Below are positions 8,557 to 16,920 of a DNA stretch of 32,030 bases, piece by piece; the stretch's first letter is position 1, and every line of letters begins with the position of its first letter. Under the pieces are notes generated by a model. It worked only from the letters and a program-made list of their open reading frames with translations, did not search any database and had not been told where the DNA came from. Origin of the DNA: a virus (lineage: Duplodnaviria > Caudoviricetes); the IMG/VR virus record IMGVR_UViG_3300026863_000035, positions 1 to 32,030 of that record; one strand, given 5' to 3'. Both the position numbers and the translations under genes were made by a program.

Positions 8557-9111
8557 TTGACCCTCGAACGCCGGGTCGCTGTTGAGCTGAGGGCCGGGGG
8601 AGACAAGAAGTCCCCCCGGCTCATCGGCCATGCGGCCGTCTTCAACTCACCGTCGCAAGATTTGGGCGGCTTCACCGAGATCGTGCTGCCGGGTGCGTTC
8701 AAGCGCACGCTGGCGTCCGACCGCGACCCGCTGGCGCTCGTGCAGCATTTGCCGGCGCTCGTGCTTGGCCGGCGCTCGGCGGGCACGCTGCGCCTGCAAG
8801 AGGACGGGCGCGGCCTGGCATTCGAGATCGACGTGCCGGACACCAGCGCCGCCCGCGACCTTCTCGTGAGCGTCGAGCGCGGCGACGTGCGCGGCGCGAG
8901 CTTCGCGTTCTCGGTGCCCAAAGGCGGGGACCGCTGGCAGGTTCGCGGCGACCAGGTGGTGCGCGAGCTGGCCGACGTCGACCTGCACGAAGTCACGATC
9001 ACGGCGCAGCCGGCCTATCTCGACACGTCCGTCGCCCGCCGCTCCTACGAGCTGCAAATCCGCAACGCGCCGCGCCTCCGGGCGCTTCGCCGCTTTCTGG
9101 AGACGGTGTGA
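8557..9111 (+). CDS. Satellite HK97-family prohead protease
   Basis: GHAAVFNSPSQDLGGFTEIVLPGAF, VERGDVRGASFAF, LHEVTITAQPAY. Confidence 0.93.
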   Translation: MTLERRVAVELRAGGDKKSPRLIGHAAVFNSPSQDLGGFTEIVLPGAFKRTLASDRDPLALVQHLPALVLGRRSAGTLRLQEDGRGLAFEIDVPDTSAARDLLVSVERGDVRGASFAFSVPKGGDRWQVRGDQVVRELADVDLHEVTITAQPAYLDTSVARRSYELQIRNAPRLRALRRFLETV

Positions 9112-10343
9112 TGGAAGCCGCCACGATCTCGACCGAAAAGCGGTCGACGCCGACGACATGGGACTTGCTGCGCACCGGGGCCGACTATGGCACCGATGCC
9201 GGCGTTCCCGTGTCCCCCTATCTCGCCGAGAACCTGTCCGTAGTCTTCTCGTGCGTCCAGGTGATCGCCGAGACGGTCGGCATGTTGCCGTTGCTGGTCT
9301 ATCGCAAGATCGGCGACGGCGACCGTTCGCAGGATCCTGCGCACCCGGTCGCACAGATCTTCGGCGGCGATGCCAACGACCGGCAGACGGCAAGCGAGTT
9401 CATCGAAATGATGACCGCGCATTGCCTGTTGCGCGGCAACGCCTATGCCGAGATCGTGCGCGACGGCCGCGGTGCGCCCGTCCAGCTCATCCCCTACCAT
9501 CCCGACCATGTGAGCGTCGTGCGGCTCACCCGCACCGATCGCTACGCCTATGACGTGAGCCGGCCGGAAGGCGGCACCAGGCGCTTGCTGCCGGAAGAGA
9601 TGTTGCACCTTCGCGACCGTTCCGACGACGGCGTGGTCGGCAAGTCGCGCCTGGCGCGTGCGCGCGAGACGTTCGGCAGCGCCATCGCGACCGAACGCTA
9701 TGCGGCGTCGACCTTCAAGAACGGCGCATCCATGTCCGGCATTCTGTCGCACCCGGAAGCGATCGGCGAAGAAGCGGCCGACCGGCTGCAACGCGACTTC
9801 AAGCAGACCTATTCCGGCGCCGACCGTGCCGGCGCCGTCGCCGTGCTCGAGGAAGGCTTGAAGTGGCAACAGGTGAGCGTGTCGCCCGACGACGCGCAGA
9901 TGCTGGAAAGCCGCAAGTTCTCGACGATGGCGCTGGCGCGCATCTTCCGCGTGCCGCCGCCCGTGATCGGCGATTTCGAGGGCGGCAACTATTCGTCGAT
10001 CTCAGAAGTCGGCCGCTGGTTCCACTCGCACACCATCATGCCCTGGCTGGCGCGTTGGGAACGGCTGATCGAACACAGTCTGTTTTCGTCCATGACGCGG
10101 CGCTCGCTGGAGGTCGAATTTGACTGCGATCTCCTCCTACGCGGCGACATGCTGACCCGGTTCCAAGCCTACCGCATCGCCCGCGAGATCGGCGTCTACA
10201 ACGCCAACGAACTGCGCCGCTTCGAAAAGCAGAACCGTCGCACCGACCCGGCCGGCGACGAATATTTCGCGCCCGCCAACATGCAGCAGGAACAGACGGC
10301 CCGGCCTGTCGCCGATCGGAATGGAGGCGACAATGCCGAATAG
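9108..10343 (+). CDS. Satellite HK97-family portal protein
   Basis: VFSCVQVIAETVGMLP, LLRGNAY, VLEEGLKW, ARIFRVPP, NELRRFE. Confidence 0.93.
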   Translation: MMEAATISTEKRSTPTTWDLLRTGADYGTDAGVPVSPYLAENLSVVFSCVQVIAETVGMLPLLVYRKIGDGDRSQDPAHPVAQIFGGDANDRQTASEFIEMMTAHCLLRGNAYAEIVRDGRGAPVQLIPYHPDHVSVVRLTRTDRYAYDVSRPEGGTRRLLPEEMLHLRDRSDDGVVGKSRLARARETFGSAIATERYAASTFKNGASMSGILSHPEAIGEEAADRLQRDFKQTYSGADRAGAVAVLEEGLKWQQVSVSPDDAQMLESRKFSTMALARIFRVPPPVIGDFEGGNYSSISEVGRWFHSHTIMPWLARWERLIEHSLFSSMTRRSLEVEFDCDLLLRGDMLTRFQAYRIAREIGVYNANELRRFEKQNRRTDPAGDEYFAPANMQQEQTARPVADRNGGDNAE

Positions 10344-10932
10344 CCTTCTCTCCGTCACCACGGCCGCGACCGCCTTCAACATCGTCGACCTTGGCGTCGT
10401 GCGCGCCGCGCTCGGCATCGTCGACAACAGCGATGACGCGGCGCTGACCGGCCATCTCAATCGCGCGTCCGACGTGATCGCCCGCCAATGCAAGCGGACC
10501 TTCGCGCTGGAAACCGTCGAGGAACAGTTCCGGCTCGACCGCTGGCGCGAAGAGCTGATCCTGTCGCGCTATCCCGTCGTCGCGGTCGCGTCGATCGTCG
10601 AGGCGGGCTTGACGGTCGCGCCGGCCGACTATGAGGCCGACAAGGCCAAGGGCATCCTGTCGCGGCTCCACCAGGACAAGCCGTGCTGGTGGCCGGCGCA
10701 CAAGATCGTCGTCACCTACAGCGCCGGATACGATCTCCCGAACGCCGCGCCGGAAGCACTGCAACAGGCCTGCATTCAGCTCGTGAAGTCCTACTACATG
10801 GCGGCCGACCGCGACCCGATGGTGCGGTCGGAAAGCCTCGATGACGTGTCGGCCGCGTCCTACTTCGGGACCGGCGGGCACCTGCCGCCCGATGTGTCGG
10901 CGCTCCTGAAACAATTCCGCAAGCTCAAGTGA
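10333..10932 (+). CDS. Satellite head-tail connector (gp6-like)
   Basis: GGAGG then ATG 10333; LSRYPVVAV, VTYSAGY, PEALQQAC, ALLKQFR. Confidence 0.75.
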   Translation: MPNSLLSVTTAATAFNIVDLGVVRAALGIVDNSDDAALTGHLNRASDVIARQCKRTFALETVEEQFRLDRWREELILSRYPVVAVASIVEAGLTVAPADYEADKAKGILSRLHQDKPCWWPAHKIVVTYSAGYDLPNAAPEALQQACIQLVKSYYMAADRDPMVRSESLDDVSAASYFGTGGHLPPDVSALLKQFRKLK

Positions 10933-10941
10933 GGTGACGCC

Positions 10942-11352
10942 GTGCTCAATCCCGGTTCCTACACCCTGTTGTCGCGCCAGCTCACGACCGCCGTTGCCGG
11001 CGAGGCGCAGACCGCCGTCGACAAGCTCGCCGGCATCCTCGCCGCGACCCTGCAGTGCGAGTTCGCCTATGGCAGCGGCGGCACGAGCTGCAAGGTCTAT
11101 GCGCAGGTGTCGCTCGACAACGGCCTGTCCTGGGTGGACGTGGCGTGCTTCGCCTTCACCACGGCGAGCGCCGTCAAGGTGGTGAACCTCTCGGCGCAGA
11201 CGCCGGTCACGACGGCCGTCACGCCGGCACAGGCGAGCCTCACCGACAACACCGTGGTCGACGGCATCCTTGGTGCCGTCATGCGCGCCGTCGTGGTGTC
11301 GACCGGCACCTACGCCAACACGCAAGTCCGGCTGAGGCTCGACGCGAAATGA
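10942..11352 (+). CDS. Satellite hypothetical beta-rich virion protein
   Basis: 136 aa, T/A/V-rich, contains SLDNGLSW; GAGGT Shine-Dalgarno; lies between the connector genes. Confidence 0.6.
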   Translation: MLNPGSYTLLSRQLTTAVAGEAQTAVDKLAGILAATLQCEFAYGSGGTSCKVYAQVSLDNGLSWVDVACFAFTTASAVKVVNLSAQTPVTTAVTPAQASLTDNTVVDGILGAVMRAVVVSTGTYANTQVRLRLDAK

Positions 11353-11735
11353 GAAACCCGCACGTCGCCCGTCTGGACAGGCAAATTCGGCTCCATGGCG
11401 AGCCGGTCTTGCTCACGCGCCAGTTGGCCGGCGTGCGGCGTCATGTGCTCAACACGCGCGGCATCGTGAAGACCTTCGCGGCGGAACAGCTCATCGGGTC
11501 GATCACACAGACGAATTATCTGGTGATCCTGTCGCCGACCGATCTCCGCAACAAGGGCTTTCCCGGCGCGGTGCCGGAAGCGATCCCCAGCGGCACCGTG
11601 CCGCCTGCCGACCCGAACCTGCCGAACACGGGAGACGCGCTTGTGATCCGGGGCACGCAAAAGGCGATCGGGCAAGTCTCGGCGATCTATGACGGCGGCG
11701 AGATCGTGCGCATCGAAATCAAGGTGCTGGGATGA
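11349..11735 (+). CDS. Satellite head-closure/head-tail adaptor-like protein
   Basis: Coupled ATGA start, MRNPHVARLDRQIRLHGEPVLL...TGDALVIRG...VRIEIKVLG; call rests on size and position. Confidence 0.55.
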   Translation: MRNPHVARLDRQIRLHGEPVLLTRQLAGVRRHVLNTRGIVKTFAAEQLIGSITQTNYLVILSPTDLRNKGFPGAVPEAIPSGTVPPADPNLPNTGDALVIRGTQKAIGQVSAIYDGGEIVRIEIKVLG

Positions 11736-11992
11736 TGCGCGACCACGGCCCGCGTTCCTATCTGTCGTGCGCCTCGCTGGCGCACGAGCTGGATATGTCG
11801 GAGACGACTATTCACGAGATGGTCCGTCGTGGTGTGCTGCCGAGGCCGGTCAAGCTGTCATCCGGATGCGTCCGGTGGTGCTGGGCCGACGTGCAACGTG
11901 CGCTCGGCTCGCTGTCCGCCGAATACGCGAATGCCGCCGCTGCGGCCGACCCGTTCCTTGCGGGGGCACGCAATGCCACGTCAACGCAATAG
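11732..11992 (+). CDS. AlpA-family regulator/excisionase
   Basis: LAHELDMSETTIHEMVRRGVLPRPVKLSSGCVRW; immediately upstream of the integrase. Confidence 0.85.
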   Translation: MMRDHGPRSYLSCASLAHELDMSETTIHEMVRRGVLPRPVKLSSGCVRWCWADVQRALGSLSAEYANAAAAADPFLAGARNATSTQ

Positions 11993-13058
11993 AGCCGCCG
12001 TCAATCTACCCAAGGGCGTGCACCGTGTCGTCTCACGCGGTCGCGAATATTTCTATTTTCAGCCCGGCCGGGGCACGCCGCACGCCGGGCCACGCATCCC
12101 ATTGCCGAACGATCCTCACGCGCCTGAGTTCTGGAATGCGATCCGGCAGGCGCAGGGCCTTGTCGGCGCGGTGCCGGTCGACACGTTCGGCGCGGTGCTC
12201 GACGGCTATCTGGAGTTCATCAAATCGTCCGGCGCGCTCACGGCCGGCACGATTGACCAATACGACCGGGCGCTGCGCATCGGCCGGAAGGCTTGGGGCA
12301 ATCTGCCGGCGAAGGGTCTGCGCCCTGTGCATGTGCAAGCCGTCATGGACGGCCTGGCCGGCACCACGGGCAAGGCGAACAACTTCCTGAGCGCCATGCG
12401 GGCACTGTCGACGTGGGCGCGCGTCCGCGACCATATCGAGCACAGCTTGACCGAGGGCGTGAAGCCCTATGCGAAGGACACGGGGCACAAGCCTTGGACG
12501 CCGGAACAGATCGAGGCGGCGCTGTCAAAGCTGACTGGCGTGCTTCGTCGTGGCGTGGCGCTCTACCTGTGGACCGGGATGCGGGGCAGCGATGCCGTCC
12601 GGCTCGGCTGGACCGATATCGACGAAGGCGGGTTCTCCTACCGATCGCAAAAGACGGGCCGCGATGTCTGGTGCCCGATCGTCCCGGAACTTGCGGCCGA
12701 AATGGCCACCTGGGAAAAGCGGCCGGGACCGTTCCTCTATCACGACGGCGGAAGGGCAGACGGCCGGCGCTACTCTCGCAAGAAATTCTCTGAGCACTTC
12801 GCCGAGGCGCGGGACAAGGTGCCCGAGCTGGCCGGCGTCACGCTGCACGGGCTGCGCTGCACGGCCGTCATCCGCCTGCGCCGCGCCGGCCTCTCGACGG
12901 CGCAGATCGGCGATATCGTCGGCATGTCCCTTCCGATGATCGAACGCTACTGCCGGTTCGCCGATCGCAAGGCCAGCGGCATGGCCGCGCTGTTCACGTT
13001 GAAGGAACGGGCGAAGAACGAAACTGTAAAACACGGCAAAACCGTAAAGCATAAATAG
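11973..13058 (+). CDS. int: Tyrosine recombinase/integrase
   Basis: TGMRGSD (R), SQKTG (K), LHGLR (HxxR), IERY (Y); ends about 35 bp before attR. Confidence 0.93.
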   Translation: MPRQRNRAAVNLPKGVHRVVSRGREYFYFQPGRGTPHAGPRIPLPNDPHAPEFWNAIRQAQGLVGAVPVDTFGAVLDGYLEFIKSSGALTAGTIDQYDRALRIGRKAWGNLPAKGLRPVHVQAVMDGLAGTTGKANNFLSAMRALSTWARVRDHIEHSLTEGVKPYAKDTGHKPWTPEQIEAALSKLTGVLRRGVALYLWTGMRGSDAVRLGWTDIDEGGFSYRSQKTGRDVWCPIVPELAAEMATWEKRPGPFLYHDGGRADGRRYSRKKFSEHFAEARDKVPELAGVTLHGLRCTAVIRLRRAGLSTAQIGDIVGMSLPMIERYCRFADRKASGMAALFTLKERAKNETVKHGKTVKHK

Positions 13059-13086
13059 AGCAAAATCAGGAGGTTAGAGGTCGCCA

Positions 13087-13100
13087 GATGAAATGTGCGA
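13087..13100 (+). repeat. attR core of the satellite
   Basis: ATGTGCGA at 13093-13100; IHF-like WATCAR-N4-TTR at 13064-13076. Confidence 0.85.
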
Positions 13101-13218
13101 TTTCGGCGCCGACGGTCTCGCCAATGGCCGCTCGCCCGACCGCGTCGATGCGCTGGTCTGGGCCGTGACCGAGCTGATGCGCGGGGCAGGCGCGGGGCCG
13201 AGGGTGCGGGGGATGTGA
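13093..13218 (+). pseudogene. terL: GTA large terminase, displaced C-terminal part
   Basis: Hand translation: MCDFGADGLANGRSPDRVDALVWAVTELMRGAGAGPRVRGM*, the typical GTA TerL ending; joins the upstream part in frame at the core. Confidence 0.92.
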
Positions 13219-13220
13219 GG

Positions 13221-13290
13221 GAGTAGTGAGTAGTGAGTAGTGAGTAGTGAGTAGTGAATAGTGAATAGTGAGTAGTGAATAGTGAATAGT
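13221..13290 (+). repeat. Heptamer tandem array, 10 x GARTAGT
   Basis: Counted directly: 6 GAGTAGT plus 4 GAATAGT. Confidence 0.95.
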
Positions 13291-13365
13291 GCAAAGTCTG
13301 ACTAAAATAAATATATTTCGGCATTTTAGATTTAATTTGTGATGATAAAGCTGCATGGTGAAACC

Positions 13366-13484
13366 ACTACTCACTACTCACTACTCACTACTCACTACTC
13401 ACTACTCACTACTCACTACTCACTACTCACTACTCACTACTCACTACTCACTACTCACTACTCACTACTCACTACTCACTATTC
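13366..13484 (-). repeat. Heptamer tandem array, 17 x ACTAYTC (inverse of the first array)
   Basis: 16 ACTACTC plus 1 ACTATTC. Confidence 0.95.
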
Positions 13485-13520
13485 GCCAAACCCGACCGTC
13501 CACAACAAGAGGTACCCACA

Positions 13521-15362
13521 ATGGCATGGACATGGCCCTGGCGCGCGGGCGCCGGGAACGAGCGTTTACGGCCCGAGCACAAGGGGCTGGCGGGCGGTTT
13601 CGTCGCTTTCCACCTCCAGAGCGACGCAGCGTGGACGCGGCGCGATTTTGCGACGCTTTCGCGCGAGGGGTTCATGCGCAACCCCATCGTGCACCGCACG
13701 GTGCGGCTGATTTCCGAGACGGCGGCGGCCATTCCGTGGCTGGTCTTCGACGGGGCAGAAGAGATCACCGAGCATCCACTGCTGGACCTCTTGGAGCGGC
13801 CCAATGCCGGCCAGGCGGGCGGGGCTTTTCTCGAGGCCGCCTATGGCAATCTGCTGATTTCCGGCAATGCCTATGTCGAGCTGGTCGAGGCCGGGCCGAG
13901 CTTGCGCGAACTGCATCTCCTGCGCCCCGACCGGGTGACGGTGGCGAGCGATGCGCGGGGCTGGCCGGTGGCGCTGGAATACCGCAGCGGGTCTGAGCGG
14001 CGCATGCTGCCGACATCGGGCGCGCGGCCGGCGGCGGGCACCGCGCTGCACCTCAAGCTCTATCACCCGCTCGACGACCATTATGGCTTTCCGCCGCTGG
14101 AAGCAGCGTCGATGGCGCTCGACACGCACAATGCGGCGGGCCGCTGGAACAAGGCGCTGCTCGACAATTCGGCGAGGCCCTCGGGCGCGCTGGTCTATGC
14201 GCCCAAGGAGGGCGGCAATCTCTCCGACGAGCAGTTCGCCCGGCTGAAGGAGGAGCTGGAGAACGGCTATACGGGCGCCGCGCGCGCCGGACGGCCGCTT
14301 CTGCTGGAAGGCGGGCTCGACTGGAAGGCGATGGGCCTGACGCCCAAGGACATGGACTTCATCGAGGCCAAGAATGCGGCGAGCCGCGACATCGCGCTCG
14401 CTTTCGGCGTGCCACCGATGCTGCTCGGCATTCCGGGCGACAACACTTTTGCCAACTACCAGGAGGCCAACCGCGCCTTCTACCGCATGACCGTGCTGCC
14501 GCTGGTGGCGCGCACCGCCAAGGAGTTTTCGGCCTGGCTGGCGCCGCTCTACAGGCCGGGGCTAAAACTGTGGTACGACGTCGACCAGGTCGACGGGCTG
14601 GCGACCGAGCGCGAGGCGGTGTGGGCCCGCGTCGGCGCGGCGAGCTTTCTCAGCGATGACGAGAAGCGCGCGGCGGTGGGGTATGGGGTGAGGGAGGGCT
14701 TCGACGCCAAGGCTGGCTATCGGCCGGATCAGCCGCGCATGCCGCGCGGAAGCGAGAACGGCGGCCAATGGATGGCGGACGGGAGCGCGCCGGTCATTCG
14801 CGTCCAGTCCGGCCCCCGCCGTACCGGAACCGGTCCGCCACGACGCATCGCGGGACGCTCGGTCGACATTTCACCTGCGCAGGCTACCCGATTGGAGCTG
14901 AGCCAGGCGCAGATGCAGGCTGCGGTCACGCGAGTGAGAGAATTGCAGCCGCGATGGAAACCGACCCCCAGTGCATATGAGACGGTTGAAGGTCAGATCG
15001 CCGCGAACGAAGCAGCAACGCGGGAAGCGCTGAATCGGCTTTTCGTTCTGCAACGGGAAGGGCTGGGGCCCGGTCCATTCGCCGGGGAGTCACAGCCCGC
15101 GCGCGGATCGGGCCGCCGCTGGACGACCGAGGAAATTCGGGAGAATAATCGGATCGGCAAGACGTTTGGCTGCCATACGTGCGGAACTCGGGATCCCGGA
15201 CTAGGCAACGGAAATTTCATACTCGATCATCAGCGCCCCAACGCTCTGAACTCGGAGGGTCAAGCGCAGCGCATATTTCCTCAATGCGCGACATGCAGCC
15301 GGCGGCAAGGGGGAAAAATCAGAGCGCTGATCTATAGAGGGTACCATGATTCAGACAATTAA
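13521..15362 (+). CDS. GTA portal protein (g3) fused to a C-terminal HNH toxin-like domain
   Basis: Portal core (GFMRNPIVHR, GRPLLLEGGLDWK, IALAFGVPPMLLGIPGDNT, EKRAAVGYG) ends about aa 389. Then YRPDQPRMPRGSENGGQW, GCHTCG, LDHQ, CATC. Confidence 0.88.
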   Translation: MAWTWPWRAGAGNERLRPEHKGLAGGFVAFHLQSDAAWTRRDFATLSREGFMRNPIVHRTVRLISETAAAIPWLVFDGAEEITEHPLLDLLERPNAGQAGGAFLEAAYGNLLISGNAYVELVEAGPSLRELHLLRPDRVTVASDARGWPVALEYRSGSERRMLPTSGARPAAGTALHLKLYHPLDDHYGFPPLEAASMALDTHNAAGRWNKALLDNSARPSGALVYAPKEGGNLSDEQFARLKEELENGYTGAARAGRPLLLEGGLDWKAMGLTPKDMDFIEAKNAASRDIALAFGVPPMLLGIPGDNTFANYQEANRAFYRMTVLPLVARTAKEFSAWLAPLYRPGLKLWYDVDQVDGLATEREAVWARVGAASFLSDDEKRAAVGYGVREGFDAKAGYRPDQPRMPRGSENGGQWMADGSAPVIRVQSGPRRTGTGPPRRIAGRSVDISPAQATRLELSQAQMQAAVTRVRELQPRWKPTPSAYETVEGQIAANEAATREALNRLFVLQREGLGPGPFAGESQPARGSGRRWTTEEIRENNRIGKTFGCHTCGTRDPGLGNGNFILDHQRPNALNSEGQAQRIFPQCATCSRRQGGKIRALIYRGYHDSDN

Positions 15363-15711
15363 ACGACCGATGGAAAATGGTCTTCTGTTCGTCGAGGATG
15401 TGAAAGGTGGCGAACCGCCCGATCCGGTGACCGACGATGTGGTGCAATTCACCGCATCCTGCATCTCGGTTGCTTGCCTTCACGAAATGGACGGCGAGGC
15501 CGAATTCCTGCTCGGACCTGCGGACGAGGTCGCGCCGGCCTACGATCTCGCCTTTGATGGAAATCTCGAGACCCCCAGTCGGGAGCTGATACTTTCCGCC
15601 GTGACGGGCGAGCCGTTTCTGAAAGCAAAGGTACCGGACGTGCTGACCCGTGTCCGCATCTGGCGCAGCCATCCCCGCTGGCCGGAGACAGTGGCCGTCG
15701 GTTGGGGATAA
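15346..15711 (+). CDS. Putative immunity protein 1
   Basis: 121 aa, acidic, overlaps the toxin stop codon; paralog of the next gene. Confidence 0.65.
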   Translation: MIQTIKRPMENGLLFVEDVKGGEPPDPVTDDVVQFTASCISVACLHEMDGEAEFLLGPADEVAPAYDLAFDGNLETPSRELILSAVTGEPFLKAKVPDVLTRVRIWRSHPRWPETVAVGWG

Positions 15712-15760
15712 GCGATGCCTCGGTGCGGGCAGCTTCTGAGAGACAGACTGGAGGACTAGG

Positions 15761-16147
15761 ATGAGCAGCTCGGTCACCCTCGCGCCTTCGCACGCCTTGC
15801 TGTTCATATCGGATCGGTCAGGCGGCGAAGCTCCCGAGTTCACGGCTGACACGCCGATCATGTCTACGGACACCGGCATCCTGGTCCATTGCCTTCCCGA
15901 TATGGACGGCGACACAACGGTGACGCTTGGAAGGGTAGCGGACGTCGGGCTGCCGCAGACTCCGGTCTTCGATGGGATCATCAAACTGCCGACCAAAAAT
16001 CTGATGGTTGCGACCGTCGAGGACGACGGCATTCGTTTGGACACTGTGCCGACAGTCGAAACACGCATCCGCATCTGGACCAACAGGGCGCTCGACCCCG
16101 ACGACATCGTCATCGGCTGGGGCGAGGGGGATGTCGCGGCGGCGTAG
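15761..16147 (+). CDS. Putative immunity protein 2 (paralog)
   Basis: Shares LLF, CLxxMDG, FDGxxxxP, RxRIW and xGWG with 15346-15711; GGAGG Shine-Dalgarno. Confidence 0.65.
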   Translation: MSSSVTLAPSHALLFISDRSGGEAPEFTADTPIMSTDTGILVHCLPDMDGDTTVTLGRVADVGLPQTPVFDGIIKLPTKNLMVATVEDDGIRLDTVPTVETRIRIWTNRALDPDDIVIGWGEGDVAAA

Positions 16148-16284
16148 CTGAAAGATCTGCGGCGGCACGGTGCAGGTGCCGTCAGGTCGAACGCCGCTCA
16201 CGCAGATGTGTGTTTGACACTGCGCGGCCTGGGAAGCACACTTCACGGCATCGCTTTTGTCCCCGGTCTGAAAGTGAGGCTCGC

Positions 16285-16773
16285 ATGATCTTCCTTCAGG
16301 ATGGCAGCTTCCCGAACGTCGGCGAGTTTCTCAGAACCAAGATGCGCGTTTTCGAGCATAGCCACGCGTTCATCTTCAAGGCGTTCGTCGTCGCCCTGCA
16401 AGGGGATCGCAAGCTTGCGCGAAAGGCCCTGGCGGCGGGCACCTATCCGATGCTGAAGATCGTCGATGAGTTTCCGGAGCACTGCGGCATTTCAGGCCTG
16501 GCGAAACACACCGCGCCCGCTGCGTTCTGCGACGGAACACCGAACTACATTTACTTCAAGACCGGGTTTGCAAGGGGTTTCGAGACCGGGAACCTGGATG
16601 AAACGGACATTACAAGAACCCTCCTGCACGAATGTGTCCATTGGGGGCGGCAAAAGAAAGGACTGCCCTCCAGAATACATGGCAATGAAGCGGGAGACAT
16701 GTTCGAATATCTGGCCGGCTATGACACGAAGTTGAAAGACCATTCAGATCATCCCGGGCCGCAATATCAATAG
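16285..16773 (+). CDS. HExxH zinc metallopeptidase, Tox-MPTase-like
   Basis: TLLHECVHWGR...NEAGDMFE; GAGG before ATG 16285. Confidence 0.7.
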   Translation: MIFLQDGSFPNVGEFLRTKMRVFEHSHAFIFKAFVVALQGDRKLARKALAAGTYPMLKIVDEFPEHCGISGLAKHTAPAAFCDGTPNYIYFKTGFARGFETGNLDETDITRTLLHECVHWGRQKKGLPSRIHGNEAGDMFEYLAGYDTKLKDHSDHPGPQYQ

Positions 16774-16920
16774 AATTCAGCAAGACGGCGAACGACGATC
16801 GGCGAAGGGCGCGGGCATGGCTTGCAGCTGTCGCTCCTTTGAGCTTGCCGCCGCCTGACTCCCCGGCCATCCGGACAGCCGTGTCCGCACCGTAACCATC
16901 ACACCATCAGGAGCCTTCCC

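Larger units (their letters stand above)
2437..13100 (+). mobile_element. Capsid-forming phage satellite (cf-PICI-like), 10,664 bp, integrated in GTA terL
   Basis: Direct-repeat core at both ends; tyrosine integrase plus AlpA-like gene; capsid-protease-portal order; HNH, TerL, head-tail connectors; no tail or lysis genes. Confidence 0.85.

Noticed and set aside
13221-13484. CRISPR array or telomere-like repeat
   Set aside because: 7-bp tandem units with no unique spacers; no cas genes; internal location.
12947-13996. ORFs containing (LLTTHYS)n repeats
   Set aside because: These are translations of the heptamer arrays, not credible proteins.
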